DNA of 63,873 nucleotides, the filler included, from Octopus bimaculoides (lineage: Eukaryota), in assembly GCF_001194135.2 (NCBI RefSeq). It is 5 parts of 5 records of this genome, joined end to end, with 100 filler letters (N's around TTAATTAATTAA, not from the genome) between each part and the next. Parts side by side here need not be neighbours in the genome. Positions count along the whole stretch, not along the records: positions 15,422 to 33,447 come from NC_068999.1; positions 33,548 to 47,580 come from NC_068984.1; 3 more parts are not named here. One strand, 5' to 3'. The translations under genes and the position numbers were made by a program. Below the pieces are notes generated by a model. That model was not told where the DNA came from. It did no database searches and worked only from the letters and a program-made list of their open reading frames with translations. Each line of letters starts with the position of its first letter. Within the stretch, counting starts at the first letter, position 1. Positions 25,901-37,240 of the stretch are shown one piece after another.

Positions 25901-26124
25901 TCGGTTTCAAATTTTGGCACAAGGTCATCAAGTTTGGGAGAGGGTGCTGGTCGATTACATCAACCCCAGTGCTTAACTGGCACTTATTTTATGGACTTCG
26001 AAAGGATGAAAGGATGAAAGGTAAAGTCGACCTAGGCAGAATTTGAACTCAGAACGTAAAGACGGACGAAATGCCGCTAAGCATTTTGCCCAGCCTGCTA
26101 ACGACTCTGCCAGCTCACTGCCTT
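25901..26124 (-). mobile_element. SINE family A full-length copy (tandem 1)
   Basis: Complete from head AAGGCAGTGAGCTGGCAGAGTCGTTAGC to tail AAAATTTGAAACCGA. Confidence 0.85.
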
Positions 26125-26138
26125 TCATACTATTAATA

Positions 26139-26353
26139 TCGGTTTCAAATTTTGGCACAAGGCCAGCAAGTTCGGGAGAAGGGTAAGTCGATTACACCGA
26201 CCTCGGTGCTCAACTGGTACTTATTTTATCGACTCCGAAAGGATGAAAGGCAAAGTCGGCCTCGGCGGAACTTGAACTCAGAACACGAAGACAGACGTAG
26301 TGCTGCAAACCATTTTGCCTGTCATGCTAACAATTCTGCCAGTTCACCGCCTT
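26139..26353 (-). mobile_element. SINE family A full-length copy (tandem 2)
   Basis: Complete copy 14 bp from the previous one, in the same orientation. Confidence 0.85.
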
Positions 26354-27290
26354 AACACAAACAACAATATTCCTTCGACATTCGATGACGGTCAAACAAA
26401 ATTGCCAAATACACAATGGTTGGAGTACAGTCCTGGTCAGTTTAGAATATAACAACCAAACTAACATCATTTGTTTAAACATTCTCAGAATGGACTGTAG
26501 ACATCCCTTCTGCAAGATAACGCCGATAGTTAGGACATACCAAACAAATGGAGTATAGGATGTCACAGTCTCGGGTCTCAGCAGACATCGTCCGAATAGT
26601 CTCTACAGTCCTACCTAACATCACTAGTTTGATCATATACTCTACGGTACTCTCTAACATTGCTAGTTCGATCACATAGTCTGGATAGAGAGTAGAAAGA
26701 AGTTAATAGCGACATTTGCGTCACATAGTCCGAAATAAACTGCAGAAAGCCAGCTGATATCGCTAATACGGTCACATAGTCGAAATATACTGTAGAGACC
26801 CAGCTAAGATTGCTGTAATGAACTAATTCGATGTAGCTGAACTCAACAAATTGCCTGGTTGTCCGTGTTACTTGTCACTATAACGACTTCGCTTCTAAAA
26901 ACAACAGAGAAAGTTAAAAAGAAGCCCTGAGGGGGGAAATAGAAAAAGGAAAAAAAAGAAAGAAAAGAGTGACAAAACATGGAAATAGAGAGTGACTTAA
27001 CAGACGTTATCATTAGAAATATTGACACAAAGGAATCCCAAAACACACACACCTTAAAAAATACAACAGGACAAATGAAATAAAAAGAAAAGAAAAAAGA
27101 ATGGAAACATCGATTAATCCCTGCTAAGTTTTCCCTTCAAATACATTTCAAATACAGACTTTTTCTTTTATTCAGAAAAACTCTTTATTTATTTTTTTAC
27201 TTCGTGTGAATACAAAAAAGAAATTGTGAATGAGATGTCATGAATATGCGATTTTAATTAAAAAAAAGAGAAACAGACGATCTAACTTAC

Positions 27291-27303
27291 CGGTTCTCTT
27301 CAT
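27291..27303 (-). CDS. Candidate alternative first coding micro-segment (MKRT + phase-1 donor)
   Basis: The minus strand reads AAA ATG AAG AGA ACC G|GTAAGT at the end of a long A-rich UTR-like stretch, with an in-frame TAA upstream. The donor has the same phase and the same CCG|GTAAGT context as DENND5 exon 1. Confidence 0.35.
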
Positions 27304-28399
27304 TTTCCAATCTATCGTCCGCCTTTGATTAATTTCGTGTTATTATTTGTGTCTTTTTTTAATAACCTTTTAATGTCAAAAAGTTAAATTCTTCACCATA
27401 CGTTGCTTTCTTTCTTCTTTCCCCTTAAAAAACACACACACCACACACACACACACACACCACACACCACACACTCTCTGTCTCTCTTTCTTTCTCTTAC
27501 TTTATCTGTTTTAAATTAATATATTTTCTTCTTTCGTTCCTAAATAATAGTTTCAATGTACTTCTTTTTGTCTTTTAAGAAAAAAAGTACACATTCTTTT
27601 TCAATGACCACAAATGTTAAAAACTATCCGTTGGTCCTTTTATGCGTGTCGTTTCATTTATTTCCGCTTTATTATTAAGTTTAATGTTTCTTTTTGAAAT
27701 CTCTTTTCAAATTTGCTTTCAGGTAATTCTTCAAAGTTTCAAAATTCTTCACATTTTACTTTAGTCGGTCAGTTTCTTCATTCCATTCAGTTGATGCCTA
27801 TATATCTGTGTCTTCCTCTATCTTTTTAAATTTCCTCCTGCAGAGATTGTGAGTTACTTTTGTCACCGTGTCTCCACAAACGAATATACGTTTGGCGTTT
27901 TTTATTTTTTTAGATGCAAAGGCTTCGATATATTAAAGAATATGGCGTTCATGGTTTATGCAACATGTATAAATACATGGAGTAATGAAACAATTTATAA
28001 TACTCAGTCACTAGCAGCTTCTAACGTATTAAACCAGGCACAAGTTTCACTTTTAGGTAAAAAGAAGAGAAATGAATGAACTTATGTAATGTGTATACCT
28101 TTCTTTAGAACATTAATGATGTTGGGTGAAGTGAAATGAAAGCCCTCACAAAATAAAGTTTCTAAGCTTCTGCCGGACTCTCTGCTTCGGCCCGTCTGGA
28201 GTTTGTCCAAGACCAAAGAAGAAAAAAGAAAAAGAAAAAAAAACAAAAACAAAAGAGAGGTGGTATGGATATTAGAAGAGGGTGAGGCTGGTTGTAGCAG
28301 TGGTGATGATGTGGAAGGGATTGGGTAATGTCGATGCCTCCGTAAGAAGAATTGGTTACGCAACTGACAGTGAATCGAAATACAGTGAAAAGAAATGGA

Positions 28400-29131
28400 T
28401 ACAACTCGGAACCGAAGCCAGGTGCGTGCGTGTGTGTATGTATGTGCGTGTGTGTGCGTGTGTGTGTGTGGTGTGCGTATACGCGCGTGTGTGTATACGC
28501 GTGCGTATGTATGAGTATAAACTTGTCCACCCAAGAGAGTAGTGGAATCGTGGTATCGGGTGGCGGAGGGGCTTACCACCCACCCATTACTTCTCAGTTA
28601 CCTAGCAACGCACGGCACGCGCCGATGTTGTATAATGGTGTTTTGTTTTTTGTTGTTTGGTTTCTAAAAGTTATGTTGTACATGGTTTCAACTTCAGAGA
28701 CAGACAGTGGTAGCGGTGGTGGCGTCGGCGGTACGATCGAGCGGTGTTGGTGGAGGGAAATTATATGAGAATAGAATGTGAGTATGTGGCTGTCATGAAC
28801 TTTCCTTCCTCGTAATTATTAGATAGACATATATGTATATCAGTGAAGTCGTGCTTATATCCTACGAACGACCGTGATTCGAGACCGGATCGTGAACAGT
28901 CAACCAGTTCGCAGCCCAGGGAGGTCAGAGCAGGACAGAACAGACCAGGCTAAACCAGGCCCGGCCAGACTCAACTAATCAATTACCGCTTTCTTATTTG
29001 CACAGCAGCTCTCACTTCATTAACGTCTTAGTAGTGGAAGAGGAAGGGAAAAGGTTGAGGAGGAGAAAGAGGAGAAGTGTGGGAGAAAAAAAACTAGAAA
29101 ATACAACCTTTTGGTTAATATTAGAAGCGAA
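28400..29131. promoter_or_regulatory. Intronic CpG-rich promoter-like island
   Basis: Visibly high CpG density against AT-rich flanks. Contains an X-box, a minus-strand donor GGTG|GTAAGC at 28577/28576 and a plus-strand donor CGAA|GTAAGT at 29131/29132. Confidence 0.45.
28597..28609. promoter_or_regulatory. RFX X-box GTTACCTAGCAAC
   Basis: Exact fit to the X-box consensus GTNRCC-N(0-3)-RGYAAC (GTTACC-T-AGCAAC). Confidence 0.55.
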
Positions 29132-29264
29132 GTAAGTTAAATCAGTTTTTTGGGATACACTAAGGTTCGAACCTTGACCGCTAAAACTTATTCACTTATT
29201 CACTCGCTTTACATCTTTCTCCTCATGTGGTCTGCGATGTTCGCCTTAACCCTTCTCTCTTTAC

Positions 29265-29415
29265 ATAACGTTCTGAGTTCAAATTCCACCGAGGTCGACG
29301 TTGCCTTTCGTTCTACCGGATCGATAAAATAAGTGTCAGCTAAGCTCTGGGGCTGGGACTGGGACTGGGTGGAGTGTCAATATAATCGACTTACCCACTT
29401 CCCCTGAATTTCAGG
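29265..29415 (+). mobile_element. SINE family A copy with internal (CTGGGA) expansion
   Basis: ACGTTCTGAGTTCAAATTCCACCGAGGTCGACGTTGCCTTTC...TCGATAAAATAAGT. Confidence 0.75.
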
Positions 29416-29844
29416 ACGGGGGCGGGGAACAAATAACAAAACAAACTAAAAGGTCTCACTTTACCCTCTTTTTCTGCCTGACTGTCTGTCTGTCTTTCTT
29501 TCTCTTCTTTCTCTCTCTCTCTCTTTCTCTCTGTTTCAAGAATACATTGTGAGAATATCTCTCTCTTTATATATCTTGTATACTACGGTAGTTCGTTAAG
29601 AAATAAGTAATCGCCCGGAGCCTCTTTCTTACTACCGTTTTTTGTTTGTTGATGTGGTGGTAGTTGCCGAGTGTTGTTGTCCTTCTTTCTTTCCATACTC
29701 GATTGTTGTCCTTCTTTCTTTCCATACTCTCTTGACTTTACATTTGAAGGTGAGACATAGCGACGCAGACAAGTGCAGTTTTTCTTTCTCGCCAACTCTT
29801 TCTGTCTCTCTTCTTACCTCTTTGGTTATATACATACATACATG

Positions 29845-29897
<53 letters not shown>

Positions 29898-30454
29898 GTA
29901 TGTATGTGTGTGTATATGTATATCTATATCTCTCTATATATATGCATATATATATATATACATATGTATATACATATATGTGTGTGTATATATGAATATA
30001 TATACATATAATATATATATATNNNNNNNNNNNNNNNNNNNNNNNNNNNNNNNNNNNNNNNNNNNNNNNNNNNNNNNNNNNNNNNNNNNNNNNNNNNNNN
30101 NNNNNNNNNNNNNNNNNNNNNNNNNNNNNNNNNNNNNNNNNNNNNNNNNNNNNNNNNNNNNNNNNNNNNNNNNNNNNNNNNNNNNNNNNNNNNNNNNNNN
30201 NNNNNNNNNNNNNNNNNNNNNNNNNNNNNNNNNNNNNNNNNNNNNNNNNNNNNNNNNNNNNNNNNNNNNNNNNNNNNNNNNNNNNNNNNNNNNNNNNNNN
30301 NNNNNNNNNNNNNNNNNNNNNNNNNNNNNNNNNNNNNNNNNNNNNNNNNNNNNNNNNNNNNNNNNNNNNNNNNNNNNNNNNNNNNNNNNNNNNNNNNNNN
30401 NNNNNNNNNNNNNNNNNNNNNNNNNNNNNNNNNNNNNNNNNNNNNNNNNNNNNN

Positions 30455-30511
<57 letters not shown>

Positions 30512-31179
30512 TGCATACACACTTATACTCACCTTCTTTCTCTCTGTCTGTGTCTCAAAAACGCATTCTGTCACATACATGTACTCTCTCATACATCGTA
30601 CACACACTCACATACTAACCAATGTCCTCTCTCTCGCTCTCTCTCATATATACCCATACACCCACTATGTCACCCCCACCTTTCTCTTCCTCTATTACTC
30701 CCTCACTGAGACCGATTTATCCGTTTCTCTCTCTCTCTCACACACACACTCACATTTACTCTTTCTTGCACACGTTCATTCATACACGGACGCAATAATA
30801 CACACTCATATACATAGATAGAAAGACAGAAGATAGATGGATAGATATATAAAGAGAGAGACTGAGAGAGAGAAAGAGAAAGAGAAAGATAAGGAGAGAG
30901 AAAGAGAGAGAGAGAGAAGAGAGAGAAGAGAGAGAGACAAACAGACATATAGACGGATAGATAGATAGATTGAGAGATAGATAGATTGAGAGACGGATAG
31001 ACAGACAGACAGACATATAGACAAGTACACAACACCTACAATCATGTAGATATTCCATAGTCACAATGCACATACAGTCATAACATACAGCACACAACAA
31101 ACATACATGCACGTAAGCTTAGACACATGCATACACTCACGCATATTTACATGTACACACATATATACATACACAGATT

Positions 31180-31214
<35 letters not shown>

Positions 31215-31407
31215 GCACACATACATATTCATACACATCTATCTTTCGTTTAAAGTTATGTTGCAATAACTTTGTCTGTCTCATGTAACAGACAGGATAG
31301 AGACTGTTGTTGGTTGTTGTTGGTGGTGGTGGTCAGGCTCTAGATGTATGGGGTGTCTGTACATATGTATTTAGGCATATTTGTATATAAATGTGTATGT
31401 ATATGTA

Positions 31408-31449
<42 letters not shown>

Positions 31450-31594
31450 TAGATAGATAGATAGATAGATATGTATATGCATATGTATATAAAATGCAAA
31501 TGTCTAAGCAGGTATACACGTTATGTGTCCGTATCAAAGAAAGAAGAGATAACAAAAATACATGATGTTGAATTTATGCTTGTTGATGCGCAGT

Positions 31595-31680
31595 TGGTGA
31601 ATTACACCACCATCACTCGGAGTTTGCTAGGCACGAAAGCACTGGCTAATCTTTCCGATGAACACCACTTGTGAAACCTT
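31595..31680 (+). pseudogene. Possible highly diverged 5S rRNA-like sequence
   Basis: TGAATTACACC...ATCACTCGGAGTTTGCTAGG...CTGGCTAA...GATGAACACCACTTGTGAAACC aligns by eye to 5S rRNA (TGAATACACC...ATCACCGAAGTTAAGC...CTGGTTAG...GATGG.AGACCGCCTGGGAATACC). Confidence 0.35.
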
Positions 31681-32266
31681 AGCCGCATTCGTCTTGAAAC
31701 GATGGTCTTTTCTGGTCGTTGGTAAGCTTGGTTCCATTGGACGAGTCAGAGTACGTGATGAAAATTATTGCACATTTGTAGAAAATCACTGTCAAGATTA
31801 AGGAGCTATTAGGATGTAGGGGAGGCAACTCGACACAGATTTGCTATCGTTCGCAACGCGGTTAACCCTTCAATTTCCCTGATATTACTTTCTAGGTTAT
31901 TCAATTGAAACTAATACAAGAAAAATGCTAGTTTATAATGATAATTAGAAACCACTACGGATTTGTTGTTGAAGAATTATCGCGGGTAATCAAGATACGA
32001 AATTTCTCGGAGAGGCAAAGCATGCAGTTACATAAATACTAGAAAATGGAAACGCTCTATCGTTGGGGCATTCTTGCCATTGGTTTCTAAATTTCCAAAC
32101 AAAACTTGATAGGAAGTGGCAATTACCCTGTCTCTGAACCTAAAAAATTACATGTATTAGTTATGTTCTCCCTTGAAGCCATTAGCAGTGAGCTCTATGT
32201 ATCCTCTTTTTAAACAGTAAGGGTGTGATTTAAAGATTGATTGGGCTTCTATTTCTGGCCTGTCCA

Positions 32267-32310
32267 GTAACCCTGTAGGTACTGTAACCCTGTAGGTACT
32301 GTAACCCTGT
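32267..32310. repeat. 17-bp tandem repeat GTAACCCTGTAGGTACT x2.6
   Basis: Units start at 32267, 32284 and 32301. Confidence 0.95.
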
Positions 32311-32390
32311 CTCATGTAGAAAATCTCTCGTCAGTACGTAGCATCCGAGATCGACTTCCAGCATAAAATAAGATAAAATACAGACAATTA

Positions 32391-32609
32391 CTAGTGCTTA
32401 TTCTATCGGTGTCTTACGCCGAACCGCTAAGTTACCGGGACATAAACACACTAACATTGGTTGTCAAGGGATGGTGGGTAGGGGGACAAACAACAAACGC
32501 GCACACACACACACACACACACACATACGATGGGCTTCTTTCAGTTTCCGTTTACCAAATCCACTCACAAGGCTTTGGTCGGCCCGAAGCTTTAGTAGAA
32601 GACACTTGC
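32391..32609 (-). mobile_element. SINE family B copy
   Basis: Reverse complement of 55040-55265, including the internal (TG)n. Confidence 0.85.
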
Positions 32610-32619
32610 NNNNNNNNNN

Positions 32620-32696
<77 letters not shown>

Positions 32697-33113
32697 GGGA
32701 AGAGAAAGAGGGGGAGGAGAGGAGGAGAGATGAGGAGGCAAGGTTGTATCTGCAGAAAGACTGATAGATAGACAATGAAAAATCAGAGATAAGTGAGAAA
32801 TGGGAAAAAAAGGAGACAGAATCAAATTGGTAAATAAATAAATAAATAAATAACCAGATGTAAATAAATGGCTAATTATATATATAAATATATATATATA
32901 TTTGTGTGTGTGTGTGTGTGTTTGTGTGTGTGTGTATAAAGAATATTAGAGAGAAGAAGAGTGAAAATGAAAGTGGGAGGGATTGGGTTATGAGGGGTGG
33001 AAGAGATCTTGCCTGTTCTTACATATGGTGAACGGCTGTATTACAAGCTGTAGAGATTGAAAAGGAGAATGAAGGCTGGAGGCAATTATATATATACTCA
33101 GACACACACACAC

Positions 33114-33153
<40 letters not shown>

Positions 33154-34215
33154 CACACACACGTACACACACACACACGCATACACTCATATATATATAT
33201 ACACATATATACATGTATTTGTATATATGTATATATATTTATGGTGTTGATAGTGACAGAGAGAAAAAGAGAGAGAAAGAACACACAGGGAGTGGTAGGG
33301 GTAGTGGTGGGGAATTCAGGTATCGGAGATAGATAGGGAACTAACAAAAGGTTGAAAGACTGGTAGAATTAAAAGATAAGACGTGAGATTGACAAAGGAG
33401 AAAATAGATTCTATAGGATAGATGAATATATATATATATATATATATNNNNNNNNNNNNNNNNNNNNNNNNNNNNNNNNNNNNNNNNNNNNTTAATTAAT
33501 TAANNNNNNNNNNNNNNNNNNNNNNNNNNNNNNNNNNNNNNNNNNNNCGTACACACACGTACACACACGCAAGAGTCCACGAGGAAGCTCCTACATGATC
33601 GCTAGATTTGCCAGAATTAATTAACAACCAAATTTCCTTCAGACAAAATTCTTGGGAAAGGCGTGATGGTCACGGCAAGAATGGCTTATGACAATAGGTT
33701 TACTCAATCATGGTTGACTTCTGGTTAAACACTAACGACCATTTTACATGCAAATATACACACATGCATGCACGCATACAAACGTACATACACACATTAC
33801 CATATACACATACATACACACACATACATAGAAACATGCATACATACATACATACACACATACCACACACACACATACATACATACATACATACACACAC
33901 TTACCATACATACATACATACACATAATTTGCTCTTTCTTACTCTTCACCACACAACTGCGACCCAAACTGTTATACTCTCATATAAACACACACACACA
34001 CACAAATTACTATAAACCCCCACACACAAAAACGTATACTCAGACGCACACAAGTACGCTACTAAACACATACACACACATTGCTTATACACACATATTC
34101 TACTATACACACACACACACATACACATACTACCACTACGACTACGATTACAACTAAACACGCACGTGGACATGCAGGTACACACGTCCTTCACATATTC
34201 TTCTATAGATACGTA

Positions 34216-34443
34216 CTTATTTCTTTATTGCCCACAAGGGGGCTAAACATAGATGGGACAAACAAGGACAGGCAAATGGATTAAGTCGATTACCCCAGTG
34301 CGTAACTGGTACTTATTTAATCGACTTCGAAAGGATAAAAGGCAAACTCGACCTCGGTGGAATTTGAACTCAGAACGTAACGGCAGACAAAATACTACCG
34401 CTAAGCATTTCGCCCGGCGTGCTAACGATTCTGCCAGCTCGCC
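34216..34443 (-). mobile_element. SINE family A full-length copy (third tail type)
   Basis: Head GGCGAGCTGGCAGAATCGTTAGCACGCCGGGCGAAATGCTTAGCGG, shared core, and tail GTTTAGCCCCCTTGTGGGCAATAAAGAAATAAG. Confidence 0.85.
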
Positions 34444-34595
34444 ATAGATAAGAGTGACAGGTTACTCAACTGGTGGAGCTGGTTTAGTTGCCGACCACTC
34501 AACCATGGAAGAGGAAATACTAGTTTAACATGGTACCAGTAAGAGGTCTCATCAGCGTGCGATGAGATTCCTGGCCTGACTATAACATACTAATA

Positions 34596-34742
34596 AAAAG
34601 GGTAAAGACCCCCCTTTGGTCATGAATAACCATGGGATTGCACCTAGAAAGTTACCCTCCGAGGCACCAGTCATATAAACACACACAACGCCCGGTCTGG
34701 GAATCGAAACCGCGATCCTCCGACCGCGAATCCGCTGCCCTA
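34596..34742 (-). mobile_element. Chimeric SINE: family D head joined to an RTE-type tail
   Basis: The head is near-identical to 20344-20405. It is followed by CTGGTGCCTCGGAGGGTAACTTTCTAGGTGCAATCCCATGG...GGGGGTCTTTACCCTTT, similar to the CCTTTACCTTT ends of RTE-mobilised SINEs. Confidence 0.7.
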
Positions 34743-35319
34743 NNNNNNNNNNNNNNNNNNNNNNNNNNNNNNNNNNNNNNNNNNNNNNNNNNNNNNNNNN
34801 NNNNNNNNNNNNNNNNNNNNNNNNNNNNNNNNNNNNNNNNNNNNNNNNNNNNNNNNNNNNNNNNNNNNNNNNNNNNNNNNNNNNNNNNNNNNNNNNNNNN
34901 NNNNNNNNNNNNNNNNNNNNNNNNNNNNNNNNNNNNNNNNNNNNNNNNNNNNNNNNNNNNNNNNNNNNNNNNNNNNNNNNNNNNNNNNNNNNNNNNNNNN
35001 NNNNNNNNNNNNNNNNNNNNNNNNNNNNNNNNNNNNNNNNNNNNNNNNNNNNNNNNNNNNNNNNNNNNNNNNNNNNNNNNNNNNNNNNNNNNNNNNNNNN
35101 NNNNNNNNNNNNNNNNNNNNNNNNNNNNNNNNNNNNNNNNNNNNNNNNNNNNNNNNNNNNNNNNNNNNNNNNNNNNNNNNNNNNNNNNNNNNNNNNNNNN
35201 NNNNNNNNNNNNNNNNNNNNNNNNNNNNNNNNNNNNNNNNNNNNNNNNNNNNNNNNNCGACTAAAGGCGGTGCTCCAGCATGGCCGCAGTCAAATGACTG
35301 AAACAAGTAAAAGATTAAA

Positions 35320-35357
<38 letters not shown>

Positions 35358-36557
35358 ACACCAAAATATTTTAAGTGTTTACGACCTCTATGGGTCTTAA
35401 TCCGGCTCTGCCCACGTTTATGTATTATAGCACCTCTGGTTGAGTATTCCACAGACGCATCTAACTTCGGTGTAATCCTCATGCGGAAGGCATAGAAGAC
35501 CACAAAGATGGAGTTTTTAATTACAAGTACAAACCACCCAGTGGATTTCCACGCATCCCATGAATACCATGCCGTATGATCGAAACTAGGATCTCATGGT
35601 TGCGAACTGAATGTCTTAACTACGTCTTTGCAACACGGTCGTGCTTTCACCTATATATATGCACAAACGCACCACAACACACATACTCATACACACACAC
35701 ACACACACACACACATATTCACATTCACACACACATTCACACACACATACACTCATACACACACACATTCTCATTCACTCAAACATAACAACACTCTCTC
35801 TCTCCCTCTCTCCCCCTCTCTCTCTCCCTCTCTCTCCCTCTCTCCCCCCTCTCCCTCTCTCCCCCTCTCCCTCTNNNNNNNNNNAACAACACTCTCTCTC
35901 TCCCTCTCTCCCCCTCTCTCTCTCCCTCTCTCTCCCTCTCTCCCTCTCCACCCTCTCCCTCTCTCTGTCTCTCTCACATACACACACATAACTCACACAT
36001 TCAGGCACAAACACACTACCTCATATATACTTTATTATGCGCCTTTGCTTCCAGCTGCCTCGTCGAATCTTTGCCTATCTTGATCAACTTATATCCTTTT
36101 TGATCGCCATTCTTTCATCCAAACATACCCTCCACCTCTTTTGTTCCTTTTCGATTCCTTATAAACTCTCCAAACTCCTTTCCAGGAACGTTGTCCACCA
36201 TCATAGCCCACTTTCCCTATGACAACAGCCCTTCAAACCCACAAGTTTTCCGACTGCTGCAAGTCACTTGAAAGCAGCGTTTTTGCTCTTCTCCACTTCA
36301 CTGAACCCATCCTTCTCTGCTGATTTATAACAAATGAGCGGAGTTTCAATGAGCACCGAGATTGTTCCCAATTGTATCAACTTCTTAGTTATGTTGAAGC
36401 CCAAACTTTGAAGCCAGTTTATTCGAGCAATACACGAGTTATACGGTCATTATATTGATGACTACATGGATACCGAATCACCAGAATCGCCCTTAAGATC
36501 CCTGAAACTCTGGGCATCAGTGTCTTTACAAATATATAAAGCTTAACTTTTCTGAGT

Positions 36558-36740
36558 GGGACGCCAGTCTGTTGCAGGATTAACTTCCTAGCTTTTGCTG
36601 GAATACATTTACAGCTTAGTAAAATGGAACAACGTGAAATGAAGCGCTTTGCTCAAGAACACAACACACCGCCCGGTCTGAAAATCGAAACAGCTATCTC
36701 AAGGTTGTGAGTGTAACACTCTAGCCACTAGGCTATACTC
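36558..36740 (-). mobile_element. Diverged SINE with family D-type head, CORE-like body and GACTGGCGTCCC tail
   Basis: Matches 24601-24739 and the tail motif of 20520-20550. Confidence 0.65.
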
Positions 36741-36959
36741 CTTATACACTTATACTCCTATAAACTTACAAAATGTTTCTATGTCTACCTCTACCACTCT
36801 GTCTCGGTCTGCTGCAAAACTACGGATTCTCATTTCTGCCTAGACTTTCTTTTTCATAGCTCAGTCACATCAAATCTGCCACCCCTTTCGCACAGTTTCT
36901 CGGGTATTAAACTACAGTTGCATTAAAGATACTGACTTCTTTTCTTAGTCGAAGCAAAT

Positions 36960-37240
36960 GCACCAATTTTTCGCCTTATACGCAGGTTTTCCAAACATTT
37001 AGACGTTGCCTTTCATAGAACTCACTCCATCGATCATGCTTTCCCACTCACGCTTCGCGTCCTCTCATCATCCAAAATTCCTTCCTCCTCATCTTTCATA
37101 CAGCTTCTTGGCCACTTCAGCAAATCTTCCTTTATGAATTCCTTTTCCCGCTATTCAACGCCGCAACCATTCATATCTTCCCTGAAACTTTCACTGTCAA
37201 CTTTCAAAAAAGAATAAAAACGCACACTATCTTCTAGTCA
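36960..37240 (+). mobile_element. Heavily decayed CR1/L2-like LINE 3' coding remnant
   Basis: MNSFSR...HIFPETFTVNFQKRIKT resembles the NSFF.RT..LWNSLP..IFP....FK...N C-terminus. Confidence 0.35.

Noticed and set aside
27721-27855. Plus-strand AG|GT ratchet-like site (27721) and 5-nt microexon AGATT (27844-27848)
   Set aside because: They are on the strand opposite the host gene and are expected by chance in T-rich sequence.
28352-28768. 138-aa plus-strand ORF in the CpG island
   Set aside because: It is largely (GT)n-derived with a non-ATG start and no recognisable domain.
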